From assembly GCA_964016885.1 (NCBI GenBank), contig OZ024746.1, forward strand, positions 26,474,001 to 26,538,000: a DNA stretch of 64,000 nt, written 5' to 3'. Positions 14,830 to 33,545 of this stretch are shown here, one piece after another; position 1 is the stretch's first letter; every line of letters starts with the position of its first letter. Both the position numbers and the translations under genes were made by a program. The notes below the pieces were generated by a model. It worked only from the letters and a program-made list of their open reading frames with translations. It did not search any database and was not told where the DNA came from. The stretch comes from Eledone cirrhosa. Its lineage: Eukaryota.

Positions 14830-14903
14830 ATCTATTATATCTATTTTGGTACAATATGCTATATTATCTATTATATCTATTTTGGTACAGTATGCTATAT
14901 TAT
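14830..14903. repeat. 36-bp tandem duplication present in each unit
   Basis: atctattatatctattttggtaca(a/g)tatgctatatt twice. Confidence 0.85.
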
Positions 14904-15639
14904 GTTCTCGTCATTATTATTGTTTGTGTCATGGCTTCAGTTTATAGTTTCTATGGCTTTAGTTTATGTTTTTTTTCATCAGAATCCGGCATATTTGGGG
15001 AGAAAACAGTGTCAACCAGGACACATTAATAAGCCGGATGGAATAATGTGACTGATCATACAAACTGAGGTAATCCCGGCCACAACAGGAAATACAGTCT
15101 GTCTATCCACATACATTTATACATATAAACTGATCTCCATTCCTTTTACTGTAACACAACTAATATGTGGCTGGGTACTAATGTTAAACATTACTATTAT
15201 TATTCGGATCCGGCTATCAGCTGAGTTTATCATAAAGGCTGCCCCACCGCCCTTTTTAACCAGGAACGGTAGGCAGTTTTTATCTGCCTAGTGGCCATGG
15301 TGATAGAGATCATATGTTTTTAGGATTCACTTGAAAAGGAAAATCGGGGTGGAGAGGGAAGTGCTGATTTCCAGCCAGTTTATTGAAAGATGGGTGAGAG
15401 ATGTAATAATGGCCCGTGTGAATGTGTCTGCCCTGAGCGTGTGCCTGTATTACTGAAGGAAGACAATGCTTGCCTTAACAGTCTGGGTGACCTTGGCTTA
15501 TGTAGGCTTTCTCCACATGTAACCATTAGAGTCTCCTAGCCTTTGGGGATTTATGTTTGTTGTTTTAAATGTTTATTGCGTTAATATCTGTTATAAATAT
15601 TATTTTACACAAAAAAATCTACAAGAAAGCATTTGGGAG

Positions 15640-15742
15640 TACCGGTAGAGCGTAGAGTTAAGTCCCTTTACATTCTGAGTTCAAATACCGCCGCGGTTAA
15701 CTTTGCCTTTCTTCCTTACGGGGTCGATAAAATAAAGCAGCA
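15640..15742 (+). mobile_element. SINE fragment of the same family (also ~27985-28085, ~39135-39235, truncated at ~51200-51246)
   Basis: ctgagttcaaat..ttaactttgcctttc..ggggtcgataaaataaag. Confidence 0.7.
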
Positions 15743-16569
15743 ATTTAAACATTCATACCTGATATACATAAACAGAACATTATCTTGCTTCACACCCACC
15801 CACCCGCACACACACGTATGTGTGTGTGCGGGTGGGTGTGTGTGTGTGTGTCTGTGTGTGTGTGTGTGTGTCTGTGTGTGTGTGAATAAACAACCAGGAT
15901 TAAATTAAATCATTTAATATTTCACGAATGATACATAAAAGAAAAGAATGAAACTAAATGTAGTTAAAATAGATGTTGATAAATGTAAAAGTTGGTGTTT
16001 ACAAATGTTTAATTGTTCTTTTCAAGTGGCTTGGGAAATACACTATTGAGGCAATAATTTCTTCGTTATTTTGATAGATAGATTTATTTATTTATTTTGA
16101 TAGATAGTAACCGGATACTACTAATAAACTTACATTAATATATTGCCATTTATACATAATCAATCATTAATTAATACACATTGCCTTCAATTAACAAAGT
16201 ATTTATGACAAACTTATAAAATATGCAATATTTGAAAATATCGGATTGAAAATATGTAAAAATATAGCCCCGACATAAGATTTTATGAGGAACATCAAAT
16301 TAAGCCCTGTACTTAATCAGCCATTAAATTTATTCTTCTCAATATTTTACTAAACTTTTAGACACGTTCAATTTTTTCCAAACATCAGTTGTTAAAATGT
16401 TACCCAAACACACATGCTACTGTTTCGAAAATTACTTTTGAATTATATTTGTATACACAGATAATTAAGACTTTACAAAATAAAGTGTTCAAAAACTATT
16501 TTTTTTTTACTTTCTCTCTCTCATACTCTCACTCTCGACACAAACACATACATTCATGCAGACACACAA

Positions 16570-16602
<33 letters not shown>

Positions 16603-16789
16603 ATATATATAAGATCAAAAGATGGTTAAATGTGTTCCATGTATTTTATTATGCGCATTTCAAAGACAAAAATCATCATGCAATAACATTTGTGTTTTCA
16701 TCAGATAAAATAGGAGGACATGATATGAAGGTTAAAAACACTTGTGGATAGTGCAGTTTTAATATTGTACTACAATAAAACTCACCTCC

Positions 16790-16858
<69 letters not shown>

Positions 16859-16889
16859 TTACATATATATATTTATATATATATACATT

Positions 16890-16920
<31 letters not shown>

Positions 16921-17531
16921 GGTAAAACCCAGATAGACCATAACCCACCAGAATACTTGATATTTGGGGTAGTAGAGTGGGTAACATGAAAAGATTCAGG
17001 ACCCCGACGGCTGAACTCCGGCCGTTTCGACAGCTAGATCAAAACTAAAGCGCCAGTAGTCGTGATTAAGGAAGTGGTTTTTATACCGGCTCTCTCACAT
17101 ACCCACATATCTCCAGGATTCGTTTCTTGATATTGATTCAATGAAGAGACATCAGATCGTAAATTATCGCTGGGTTGATGCATTTTTGATCCTGCGGTCA
17201 TGACTCCGATTATTTACAAGAACATTCAATTTACCAATTCATTTACTTCGGCACAGGTTGAAAGAGTTGTCCCTCCGGCCCACGAAACGTACGACTCTCG
17301 TATGGCGCCATTGTAGTAACAATAAATGTAGAAGAACAGATGTAGGCTTCAATAGATTTTGCTTTTGATATTTATACGGAAATATATTTAATGAAATAAG
17401 TCGACCGAATTCAACTTAACCACAGTGACAAATACCAAAATATAGAGACCTGCAAAATTCTCATGAATATTTTCTCAAAATAAAATAGTTTCAAAGTTCA
17501 ATTTACCTGCCATAGCTACTCACACACACAC

Positions 17532-18407
<876 letters not shown>

Positions 18408-18580
18408 GTAATACCCTCAGCGCCCCCAATCCTATTTCCAGAGAGACCTGCCTACACGCAAGTTGTAAATAATATATAACAAATAAAATAGTTAATTTTT
18501 ATATAATAAAATAATGTAATATATTCTATGTATAAATAAATATTATATATTTTATATTTTACTATATTGATATATAATAT

Positions 18581-19290
18581 TGTTATACTTGGGGAGGGTC
18601 ATATTTGTGTAATATTGCCAGAATTAATAATAGAACACACTTACTGTTGGGTTGGTTTTCGCTTTTCACTTCTGTGTCTTTTATATCGGTAATCTAATTT
18701 ATTCGGTCCTCAATGTTGCCATTCACTGCCCAACGGTCAAAAATAATACAGATACAATACAGACACAAACACATATATATAGTTTATCAAAGTTCTTTCG
18801 TTGTACATCTGCAACATCGTCAGTGGTGCTATTGTTTCCTCCCGTTACATTGTATTTTCTACGCCATCTTCATTTAGTCTGTTTATATATTTATTTATTT
18901 GTTTATTTTATTTTGACTTCTTTGCGCATGCGTTTGCGTGTGTGTATAGTGTTTTGTTTGATGTGTGTTCGTGATTGGGTGACTGTGTATTGGTTAATGT
19001 ATTCTATCTTTACTAGTGTGTGTTTATATGTGTTTGTTGTTATTGTTGTCTATGTTACCGTCGTGTTGTCTGGCATGTTCGTATAGTACTGACCCGTTTT
19101 TTCGTCCTTTTAGTTCCCCCAGTGTTGGTCTATCCTTTCACCTGTGCTACGAGCTGTCTCTCCTATGTATGTTGCTGTCATGTTTCTGCAAGTACCCTCT
19201 GTACATCTTATGCTATAGACTACGTTTCTAGCTTTACAATTTATCCGTATAAATTTTATATTTTATATTTTATATTTTATATTTTATATT
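18581..19290. mobile_element. ~700-bp unclassified insertion nested in the MITE of units 2-5 (also ~30407-31110, ~41597-42510, ~58161-58895)
   Basis: Absent from the MITE at ~4695-4715. Ends in (ttttata)n. The unit 4 copy has ~200 bp extra (42058-42263). Confidence 0.6.
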
Positions 19291-22200
19291 TAATATACTA
19301 TTATATCATCTCTATCGTCCCCTTAGGCTGAAGCACCCCAGGACCTTCTCAACGCTCCCGGGGTGGGGGCGTTAGCGTCCACTTTAAGAACCTTTGGTTT
19401 ATGCGGTGGCATTTTTCCTCTGGTCAGTTCCCCATAAAATAACCGTTTAGGAAGCCCTTCATCTTCCATCCTGCTCAAGTCACCAGCCCAATGCATCTAG
19501 CTCATTATAATCCTTATCTCAATACTGGTGCTACCCGCTTTTCCGGTACAGCAGTATCAGATGTGTAAGAGGACCACTTGATGTTCAGTAAGCGTGGGAT
19601 ACAAGATAAATCACAATGAGTGGATTGATGATAATGATGTTGCAATCACCAAGCCTAGTGAAGAGAAAAATAACTTGTATTGAAGTGTCTTGTTGCAGAT
19701 GGTCCAGTGATGATCACTTTTGAGAAGACCTTCAAAGAAACAAAGTCAAAACTGCCATATAAATTTCTAAGAATGAAGAATAAATTATGGTCTGAAGTTT
19801 CAGCCGAGATTCAGAAAGATTATAACTGCAGAGAATTACAGCACAATAAGTTAAGCTTTTGGCTCAGCGCACTAAAACATGGCACCATTGAAGTAAAGAG
19901 ATGGGAAAGCCCTCATCAAAGAGATGGACACAATGAAACTCTAGATTTTGATGGAATACCTGTTGAGCTGATCCGCTTTCGAGGTGACAATGTTGCTATG
20001 GCCATTCATAGACTAGTCTCATCAGTTTGGCATTGTGAGCCTATCCCGCAAGGCTGGGTAGATGCAATTTTGCTCTTGATTTACAATGGCAAGAGCTCCA
20101 AGTTTAAATGCGGTGGTTATCGTAGTATAAGTCTGCTCGATTCGGAAGGGAATGTTGTATCCAAGGTCTTGTTGAATCGTCTAAATGGATCTGTCCTGGG
20201 GCCATCCCTGATAGCCAGGAACTAGGCGGAGTACTGTGGACAGGATTTTTGCAGTCCATCAGCTTATGGAGTGCGTTGAGCAGCAAGTGTCAGTGTACAA
20301 AGTATTTGTGAACTTTATCAAAGCCTTTGATACTGTTAATCGTAGTACATTGTGAATCATATTGGGGAAATTTGGATGCCGTCATGAATTTGTTGGAATA
20401 TGCAAAAAATTCCATCAAAATATGAAAACAAAAGTGAACTTCAACGGGACACTTTCAGAGCCAATTTCAATGGCAAACGGTGTCTAGCAAGGTGGCATTC
20501 CTGCACCCACTCTGTTTACCATCAATGACCATATCTTTCTTAATCGGGTGAAATATTCCCTGGTTACGCGTTCCTTGTCACCGATACCATCATAGGATAT
20601 ATTCTCATCTATCCCTAGGTATCTGTAGCAGTTCTTGTCAGATATCGGTGAAACAATTAAGCTATTGATAAAAATGTTGCTAGATTGGCTTGTAGTTTTT
20701 CCCCGTTTTACAATCACATATGAACATTTAGGATAAATTCCATTCCTATATCCTTTGAGAATGCCGTAACCAGGTCAAGATTTTTCTTCATCTCATTTAT
20801 CTTTTTGGCATAGAGTTTCAGGTCATCCACAAAGAAATTATCGGTTAGGTTCCTATTTCTCTCCTCCTGGGAACCAATTATGTATCCTTCACATTTCTTG
20901 AGCAGAAAGGACAAGGGGTTTAATGACAGAATAAATAGTAACACAGAGAGAATATACTCCTGTGATATTATATTTCATCAGTGAAAATAGCATCCTTCTC
21001 CTCTGTTTTTAACTTTAGGATAGTAGCCCAAGAAGAAGATAGGTTCTCTATGGCTCTGATAATAGTATCTGGGACTATCATCCAAGAGTGGGGAACAGAA
21101 CTTTCCTGTAGTCCAGCCAGACTGTAACCACATTCTTGCTAAGTTGTTGCATCTCTCATTCCAGCTGCTTGCTCATCTGTTATGATGTTATTATTATTGT
21201 CGCAGGGATTTTGGAGAAATAGGTTCAAGCAGGCTGCATACATTTTATACATTAGATTCTGGCATGCAACGTGTGGGTAGTTATTTTTTTAAATTCCAAA
21301 TGGGTGTCTTTGGAGACCAATATTGTTTGTGTTAATGTCAACACCCCTGGTATATGTGCATCTCCCAGGAGGGCTTTCTGGTAGAGGTTGATCATATACA
21401 TCCGATAGAATGTCAGTTTTTTGTACAAGTAGCCAATAATCAAGTCTCTTCCTGCTGTTTTATTAGCTTGGAGGTTTCCTATCACAGTCTGAAGGGTATC
21501 ATCATTTAATCTGTATGGATTTGTTGCAGTGTAGGGGCAGTAGTTCTTTTGCATTTATAGGTGGAACTAGGACCAATACAACCGAATTAAGCTGAGGTAA
21601 TGGTAATTCAAACAATTTAATTTTAATGATACTTCCAAAACTGGCTCCTTGTCTCATTAGAATTAAAACTGCTAGATCAGCAGTAGGAAATATTTTTATG
21701 CCGGTATACACACTTAGAAATTAACTGACATTCAATGAAGCCACAATTTGAAAAACATATAGTCCCGCTAAAGTTCAAGCCTTTGGAAATATATAATTTC
21801 GAATGTAGTTGTTACTTTTCGTAACAATCATAATAAATTGAACAGATTAACGTTCAATATAATGAAATCAGCAAGAACGTTCTGCTTCTTTCAGTTGGCA
21901 GTAAATATTATTTTGGAAAGTTCGATATAAATATCTCAACCCTGTGTCAGAGTTTTTTCATGTTTGCCAGACCATCACCAATATTGTTATAGCGAAGTTT
22001 ATTGTGAAATAAACCTTCAATCATATACTGTATATGATATACATTTCAAAGTATATTATATATATAATATGAATACATTACACATTATAATAAATTGTAA
22101 ACAAACGAAAGTAAGGTTTAAAAAAGTCAAACGTAATATAAATTCAATATCTTTAATGTTTCAATAAAAAAAATATAAATATAAAAAGTTTATATAACAA

Positions 22201-22522
22201 ATAATTATCTAAAATATAGATATATATTTTACAGTTCCAGTTTGGTGTTATCAATAATACCATGTTAGTAGGATTCTAAATTTTAAAAAATATTACATAA
22301 TATTACATAGAATATAAATGTAGAGTTCTCTGTTATATATCAAGCATTACAGAGAAATTAGATAAAATATTCATATTTTTAGAAAATATATTTACAAAAT
22401 TACAACAGTATTGTTGAGAATTGAAGCTGAAACACTTCTACATATTTATAACGATACACTTGTATCTGGGTGTCTAACTGACAGGGGTACCAAGGAATAT
22501 TATAGATTGAGCATTAGATATT

Positions 22523-25045
<2,523 letters not shown>

Positions 25046-25104
25046 CCATAGTTTACTATTTGGATGAGAATAGATTTACTTTCAGTTGTAGAGACCGGCG
25101 TATC

Positions 25105-25112
25105 TATTTATA
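25105..25112 (-). promoter_or_regulatory. Putative TATA box of in-frame copy C
   Basis: tatttata on + (TATAAATA on -), ~60 nt upstream of the exon 1 ATG. Confidence 0.55.
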
Positions 25113-26110
25113 ATCCCAATTTTAGTAGGAGAGATAAAAGTAGAGCGAGAGAAGGACGGGGTGAGAGGATGGTGAGAGAAAAAAGAGAAAGTTAAGTGAG
25201 AGAGAGAGGGGGAGAGGGAGGGGGTAGGGAGGGAGTGAAAGTAATATGTAGGATGGAGGACGTGTGAGTGGAGGGAGAAGAAGAGAGTAGTTAAGTGTAA
25301 CAATGAATAACTACTTTTATCTTAATTTTAGGTCAAAGTCTATTTTACTTTATTTCATTGATGGGAAACATTTATTTCGTAGAAGTGTCATTTTAAACGT
25401 TTAGAATCACACACAAACACAAATCTTGGTTTTATATATATTATGCTTCTCTCAGAGCCAAAACTTCCAACAAACATTTTGATGCTAAGAAGTAAATGCT
25501 ATTTATGTAAAAAGATTTGTGTTTTTCATATTGTAATATTTTCAATTTCTTCTGATAAAGAAATTCGCGTTTAATTTATTGTGTATTGTTTTGTTTGTCT
25601 GTTTGTTTTGTTGTTTTTTTTTCTTTTCTTTTCCATATTCCATAACCTCCGCTGAGAAAATTCCACAATTCTTGGGTTATTTCACACTTTTATTTTGAAA
25701 CATAAGACGGAAGTGTTACAATACATGTGACCTCCTACACAGCATCACACTGTCATAGTAATAGTAAAATATATGTCAGTTTCCATAAACGCTGAAACAT
25801 AACTGAAAGTAAACAATTATCATTTAGTAAATATAGAATATTAAAGAGGTTATATTTTATATTACGTGCATGTGGTTAGAATGTCTGAAGAATGAATCAA
25901 TGGACAGATTTGACGGACAAAACCAACTGGCAGGGTATCCTGGGTGCAACCCGAGTAAGACGGTAGGGTAAAATACATGAGATCGGCTGGTCTCAATTGA
26001 GTATCCAGCCAGATCAAATATTGATTAAATAGATCATCAATAGTTTTGGAGGATTGGGGGTCATCCTTCTCTCTCCGTATTACATGAGTTATAATTTATA
26101 GTTCTGTTAA

Positions 26111-26330
26111 TTTTCTCCAGTGTATAGGTGTGGTGATCTTCTCCAGTCTATAGGTGTGGTGATTTTCTCCAGTCTATAGGTGTGGTGATTTTCTCCAGTC
26201 TATAGGTGTGGTGGTGATTTTCTCCAGTCTATAGGTGTGGGGATTTTCTCCAGTCTCTAGGTGTCGGGGATTTTCTCCTGTCTATAGGTATGGTAATTTT
26301 CTCCAGGCTATAGGTCTCGGGGATTTTCTT
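26111..26330. repeat. Same minisatellite, ~8 units
   Basis: Direct reading. Confidence 0.95.
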
Positions 26331-28870
26331 CAAGATTTGTAAGCCGTATATTTAGTTTGACTTAGTACAATATTTTTATGAGTGAACTACTTGAGTGTCT
26401 GGTTGATGTATTAAGGTTACTAACATAGAAATAATTACCTATAGGAAAATAATAATAGTATGGCACAGTTCATTACTGGTATCTTTGGATCAACACATCT
26501 ATCAACAAATCTACCAACTAATCTATCAGATGTCACGATAAATCTCTGGTCAAAATATTTACCATTAATCACTTGTTTGTACACTTCTCTTTTATTTTAA
26601 ACCTATTCATCGTGTTGGAGTTCTTCAGGTTGGTTCCTTCCAATCCGTTGGAACACATAATAATTGATTGTGTACACCTGTCTTCAGAGAATCTTGCAAC
26701 AATTTAGTAATCACAATTCAATATATATATATATATATATATAGTGACGAAACATAAGTCAATTGCATGAACTCATAATCCTTTATTTACTGCTATATAT
26801 ATTTCGATGATAGCCATTGAATGGCTATGACCTCATCGGGCAGTTAGTCAGTTCTTAGATATGCCAGCTCTGTGCTTATAGTGTTGATGGTATTATGTTG
26901 AATACAGAAAATATTTATGCATCAGTCATGTAATAAGAAATGATACTAATATTTACTCCTGACAGAAATCTAAGAGAAAACATTCAAGGAAAAAAGGTGT
27001 AGCTAATCAAAATGACTTCAGTACATCACAGGTGTTATTTTATTGATTTTCGATGATTTGAAATCAAACCTTAATGACATAACTAATTAACGTGAATCTA
27101 ACATCTAACCTAATGATAATTGTTTATATTAATATCATTTTTTGCATAGACACAATAGCACAAAGCATAATCTATTATATCTATTTTGGTACAATATGCT
27201 ATATTATCTATTATATCTACTTTGGTACAGTATGCTATATTATGTTCTCGTCATTATTATTGTTTGTGTCATGGCTTCAGTTTATGGTTTCTATGGCTTT
27301 ATTTAGTTTATGTTTTTTTTCATCAGAATCCGGCATATTTGGGGACAAATCAGTGTCAACCAGGACACATTAATAAGCCGGATGGAATAACGTGACTGAT
27401 CATACAAACTGAGGTAATCCCGGCCACAACAGGAAATACAGTCTGTCTATCCACATACATTTATACATATAAACTGATCTCCATTCCTTTTACTGTAACA
27501 CAACTAATATGTGGCTGGGTACTAATGTTAAACATTACTATTATTATTCGGATCCGGCTATCAGCTGAGTTTATCATAAAGACTGCCCCACCGCCCTTTT
27601 TAACCAGGAACGGTAGGCAGTTTTTATCTGCCTAGTGGCCATGGTGATAGAGATCATATGTTTTTAGGATTCACTTGAAAAGGAAAATCGGGGTGGAGAG
27701 GGAAGTGCTGATTTCCAGCCAGTTTATTGAAAGATGGGTGAGAGATGTAATAATGGCCCGTGTGAATGTGTCTGCCCTGAGCGTGTGCCTGTATTACTGA
27801 AGGAAGACAATGCTTGCCTTAACAGTCTGGGTGACCTTGGCTTATGTAGGCTTTCTCCACATGTACCCATTGGAGTCTCCTCGCCTTTGGGGATTTATGT
27901 TTGTTGTTTTAAATGTTTATTGCGTTAATATCTGTTATAAATATTATTTTACACAAAAAAATCTACAAGAAAGCATTTGGGAGTACCGATAGAGCGTAGA
28001 GTTAAGTCCCTTTACATTCTGAGTTCAAATCCCGCCGCGGTTAACTTTGCCTTTCTTCCTTACGGGGTCGATAAAATAAAGCAGCAATTTAAACATTCAT
28101 ACCTGATATACATAAACAAAATATTATCTTGCTTCACACCCACCCGCACACACACATACACATATGTGTGTGTGTGTCTGTCTGTGTGTGTGTAAATAAA
28201 CAACCAGGATTAAATTAAATCATTTAATATTTTACGAATGATACATAAAAGAAAAGAATGAAACTAAATGTAGTTGAAATAGATGTTGATAAATGTAAAA
28301 GTTTGTGTTTACAAATGTTTAATTGTTCTTTTCAAGTGGCTTGGGAAATACACTATTGAGGCAATAATTTCTTCGTTATTTTGATAGATAGATTTATTTA
28401 TTTATTTTGATAGATAGTAACCGGATACTACTAATAAACTTACATTAATATATTGCCATTTATACATAATCAATCATTAATTAATACACATTGCCTTCAA
28501 TTAACAAAGTATTTATGACAAACTTATAAAATATGCAATATTTGAAAATATCGGATTGAAAATATGTAAAAATATAGCCCCGACATAAAATTTTATGGGG
28601 AACATCAAATTAAGCCCTGTACTTAATCAGCCATTAAATTTATTCTTCTCAATATTTTACTAAACTTTTAGACACATTCAATTTTTTCCAAACATCAGTT
28701 GTTAAAATGTTACCCAAACACACATGGTACTGTTTCGAAAATTACTTTTGAATTATATTTGTATACACAGATAATTAAGACTTTGCAAAATAAAGTGTTC
28801 AAAAACTATTTTTTTTTTACTTTCTCTCTCTCATACTCTCACTCTCGACACAAACACATACATTCATGCA

Positions 28871-28915
<45 letters not shown>

Positions 28916-29119
28916 TTATATATATATATATAATATATATAAGATCAAAAGATGGTTAAATGTGTTCCATGTATTTTATTATGCGCATTTCAAAGACAAA
29001 TATCATCATGCAATAACATTTGTGTTTTCATCAGATAAAATAGGAGGACATGATATGAAGGTTAAAAACACTTGTGGATAGTGCAGTTTTAATATTGTAC
29101 TACAATAAAACTCACCTCC

Positions 29120-29214
<95 letters not shown>

Positions 29215-29241
29215 TTACACATATATATATATATATACATT

Positions 29242-29282
<41 letters not shown>

Positions 29283-29698
29283 TAAAACCCAGATAGACCA
29301 TAACCCACCAGAGTACTTGATATTTGGGGTAGTAGAGTGGGTAACATGAAAAGATTCAGGACCCCGACGGCTGAACTCCGGCCGTTTCGACAGCTAGATC
29401 AAAACTAAAGCGCCAGTAGTCGTGATTAAGGAAGTGGTTTTTATACCGGCTCTCTCACATACCCACATATCTCCAGGATTCGTTTCTTGATATTGATTCA
29501 ATGAAGAGACATCAGATCGTAAATTATCGCTGGGTTGATGCATTTTTGATCCTGCGGTCATGATTCCGATTATTTACAAGAGCATTCAATTTACCAATTC
29601 ATATACTTCGGCACAGGTTGAAAGAGTTGTCCCTCCGGCCCACGAAACGTACGACTCTCGTATGGCGCCATTGTAGTAACAATAAATGTAGAAGAACA

Positions 29699-30236
29699 TT
29701 GTAGGAGAAATTTTCACAGTTGGGGAGGTGACATTCAGTGTTCTACAATCATGTAGTTGCTGCTAAATGAGAGTTTACAATATTCTTTGTTTATTTTTGT
29801 AGTAATTGGGACATTCCTACACTATAACCATATCTATAGTCTAATGCTCTCCATAACTGACCATCTCTTCATCAATTTAGCTATTATTTATCTTGAAATT
29901 CATTATGAAATCTGTCTATAAATTTATTTACACAGTGGCGTATGATTTCGCGAAGATTTAGTTCCTGCTTCTGTGTAGAAATCCCCAATATACCTAATTT
30001 AAATATTTATCACTGATCCAGAATGTAATTATTCTCTTAAAATATAATAAAATATTTCTGGTTTTAATTACTGATGAAGTTTAAATATTTCCTTGTTTAA
30101 TTAATAGAATCTTTAAACCTTTTTTTCTCCTCCAGATTGGCAATATACATTGGTTTTATACATCTCAACATGGATGACATTGATATATATTCTTTTATTT
30201 TCAGATATTCCAGTTGTTTTCAAAAGTCCAAAACAA
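29699..30236 (+). pseudogene. Deleted remnant of copy A
   Basis: Same two internal deletions as 17724-18407 plus an extra 5' deletion at tgtagg microhomology. Confidence 0.85.
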
Positions 30237-33200
30237 GTAATACCCTCAGCGCCCCCAATCCTATTTCCAGAGAGACCTGCCTACACGCAAGTTGTAAATA
30301 ATATATAACAAATAAAATAGTTAATTTTTATATAATAAAATAATGTAATATATTCTATGTATAAATAAATATTATATATTTTTTATTTTACTATATTGAT
30401 ATATATTGTTATACTTGGGGAGGGTCATATTTGTGTAATATTGCCAGAATTAATAATAGAACACACTTACTGTTGGGTTGGTTTTCGCTTTTCACTTCTG
30501 TGTCTTTTATATCGGTAATCTAATTTATTCGGTCCTCGATGTTGCCATTCACTGACCAACAGTCAAAAATAATACAGATACAATATAGACACAAACACAT
30601 ATATATAGTTTATCAAAGTTCTTTCGTTGTACATCTGCAACATCGTCAGTGGTGCTATTGTTTCCTCCCGTTACATTCTATTTTCTACGCCATCTTCATT
30701 TAGTCTGTTTATATATTTATTTATTTGTTTATTTTATTTTGACTTCTTTGCGCATGCGTTTGCGTGTGTGTATAGTGTTTTGTTTGATGTGTGTTCGTGA
30801 TTGGGTGACTGTGTATTGGTTAATGTATTCTATCTTTACTAGTGTGTGTTTATATGTGTTTGTTGTTATTGTTGTCTATGTTACCGTCGTGTTGTCTGGC
30901 ATGTTCGTATAGTACTGACCCGTTTTTTCGTCCTTTTAGTTCCCCCAGTGTTGGTCTATCCTTTCACCTGTGCTACGAGCTGTCTCGCCTATGTATGTTG
31001 CTGTCATGTTTCTGCAAGTACCCTCTGTACATCTTATGCTATAGACTACGTTTCTAGTTTTACAATTTATCCGTATAAATTTTATATTTTATATTTTATA
31101 TTTTATATTTTATATACTATTATATCATCTCTATCGTCCCCTTAGGCCGAAGCACCCCATGACCTTCTCAGCGCTCCCGGGGTGGGGGCGTTAGCGTCCA
31201 CTTTAAGAACCTTTGGTTTATGCGCACTAAAACATGGCACCATTGAAGTAAAGAGATGGGAAAGCCCTCATCAAAGAGATGGACACAATGAAACTCTAGA
31301 TTTTGATGGAATACCTGTTGAGCTGATCCGCTTTCGAGGTGACAATGTTGCTATGGCCATTCATAGACTAGTCTCATCAGTTTGGCATTGTGGGCCTATC
31401 CCGCAAGGCTGGGTAGATGCAATTTTGCTCTTGATTTACAATGGCAAGAGCTCCAAGTTTAAATGCGGTGGATATCGTAGTATAAGTCTGCTCGATTCGG
31501 AAGGGAATGTTGTATCCAAGGTCTTGCTGAATCGTCTAAATGGATCTGTCCTGGGGCCATCCCTGATAGCCAGGAACTAGGCGGAGTACTGTGGACAGGA
31601 TTTTTGCAGTCCATCAGCTTGTGGAGTGCGTTGAGCAGCAAGTGTCAGTGTACAAAGTATTTGTGAACTTTATCAAAGCCTTTGATACTGTTAATCGTAG
31701 TACATTGTGAATCATATTGGGGAAATTTGGATGACGTCACGAATTTGTTGGAATATGCAAAAAATTCCATCAAAATATGAAAACAAAAGTGAACTTCAAC
31801 GGGACACTTTCAGAGCCAATTTCAATCTTTTTGGCATAGAGTTTCAGGTCATCCGCAAAGAAATTATCGGTTAGTTTCCTATTTCTCTCCTCCTGGGAAC
31901 CAATTATGTATCCTTCACATTTCTTGAGCAGAAAGGACAAGGGGTTTAATGACAGAATAAATAGTAACACAGAGAGAATATACTCCTGTGATATTATATT
32001 TCATCAGTGAAAATAGCATCCTTCTCCTCTGTTTTTAACTTTAGGATAGTAGCCCAAGAAGAAGATAGGTTCTCTATGGCTCTGATAATAGTATCTGGGA
32101 CTATCATCCAAGAGTGGGGAACAGAACTTTCCTGTAGTCCAGCCAGACTGTAACCACATTCTTGCTAAGTTGTTGCATCTCTCATTCCAGCTGCTTGCTC
32201 ATCTGTTATGATGTTATTATTGTCGCAGGGATTTTGGAGAAATAGGTTCAAGCAGGCTGCATACATTTTATACATTAGATTCTGGCATGCAACGTGTGGG
32301 TAGTTATTTTTTTAAATTCCAAATGGGTGTCTTTGGAGACCAATATTGTTTGTGTTAATGTCAACACCCCTGGTATATGTGCATCTCCCAGGAGGGCTTT
32401 CTGGTAGAGGTTGATCATATACATCCGATAGAATGTCAGTTTTTTGTACAAGTAGCCAATAATCAAGTCTCTTCCTGCTGTTTTATTAGCTTGGGGGTTT
32501 CCTATCACAGTCTGAAGGGTATCATCATTTAATCTGTATGGATTTGTTGCAGTGTAGGGGCAGTAGTTCTTTTACATTTATAGGTGGAACTAGGACCAAT
32601 ACAACCGAATTAAGCTGAGGTAATGGTAATTCAAACAATTTAATTTTAATGATACTTCCAAAACTGGCTCCTTGTCTCATTAGAATTAAAACTGCTAGAT
32701 CAGCAGTAGGAAATATTTTTATGCCGGTATACACGCTTAGAAATTAACTGACATTCAATGAAGCCACAATTTGAAAAACATATAGTCCCGCTAAAGTTCA
32801 AGGCTTTGGAAATATATAATTACGTATGTAGGTGTTACTTTTCGTAACAAACATAATAAATTGAACAGATTAACGTTCAATATAATGAAATCAGCAAGAA
32901 CGTTCTGCTTCTTTCAGTTGGCAGTAAATATTATTTGGGAAAGTTCGATATAAATATCTCAACCCTGTGTCAGAGTTTTTTCATGTTTGCCAGACCATCA
33001 CCAATATTGTTATAGCGAAGTTTATTGTGAAATAAACCTTCAATCATATACTGTATATGATATACATTTCAAAGTATATTATATATATAATATGAATACA
33101 TTACACATTATAATAAATTGTAAACAAACGAAAGTAAGGTTTAAAAAAGTCGAACGTAATATAAATTCAATATCTTTAATGTTTCAATAAAAAAAATATA

Positions 33201-33545
33201 AATATAAAAAGTTTATATAACAAATAATTATCTAAAATATAGATATATATTTTACAGTTCCAGTTTGGTGTTATCAATAATACCATTTCAGTAGGATTAT
33301 AAATTTAAAGAAATGATGCATAATTTTACATAGGATATAAATGTAGAGTTCTCTGTTATATATCAAGCATTACAGAGAAATTAGATAAAATATTCATATT
33401 TTTAGAAAATATATTTACAAAATTACAACAGTATTGTTGAGAATTGAAGCTGAAACACTTCTACATATTTATAACGATACACTTGTATCTGGGTGTCTAA
33501 CTGACAGGGGTACCAAGGAATATTATAGATTGAGCATTAGATATT

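Noticed and set aside
27734-27928. Cys-rich ORF MGERCNNGPCECVCP as a toxin or defensin
   Set aside because: No signal peptide or splice support, and there is a premature stop in the unit 1 copy. Probably repeat-derived.
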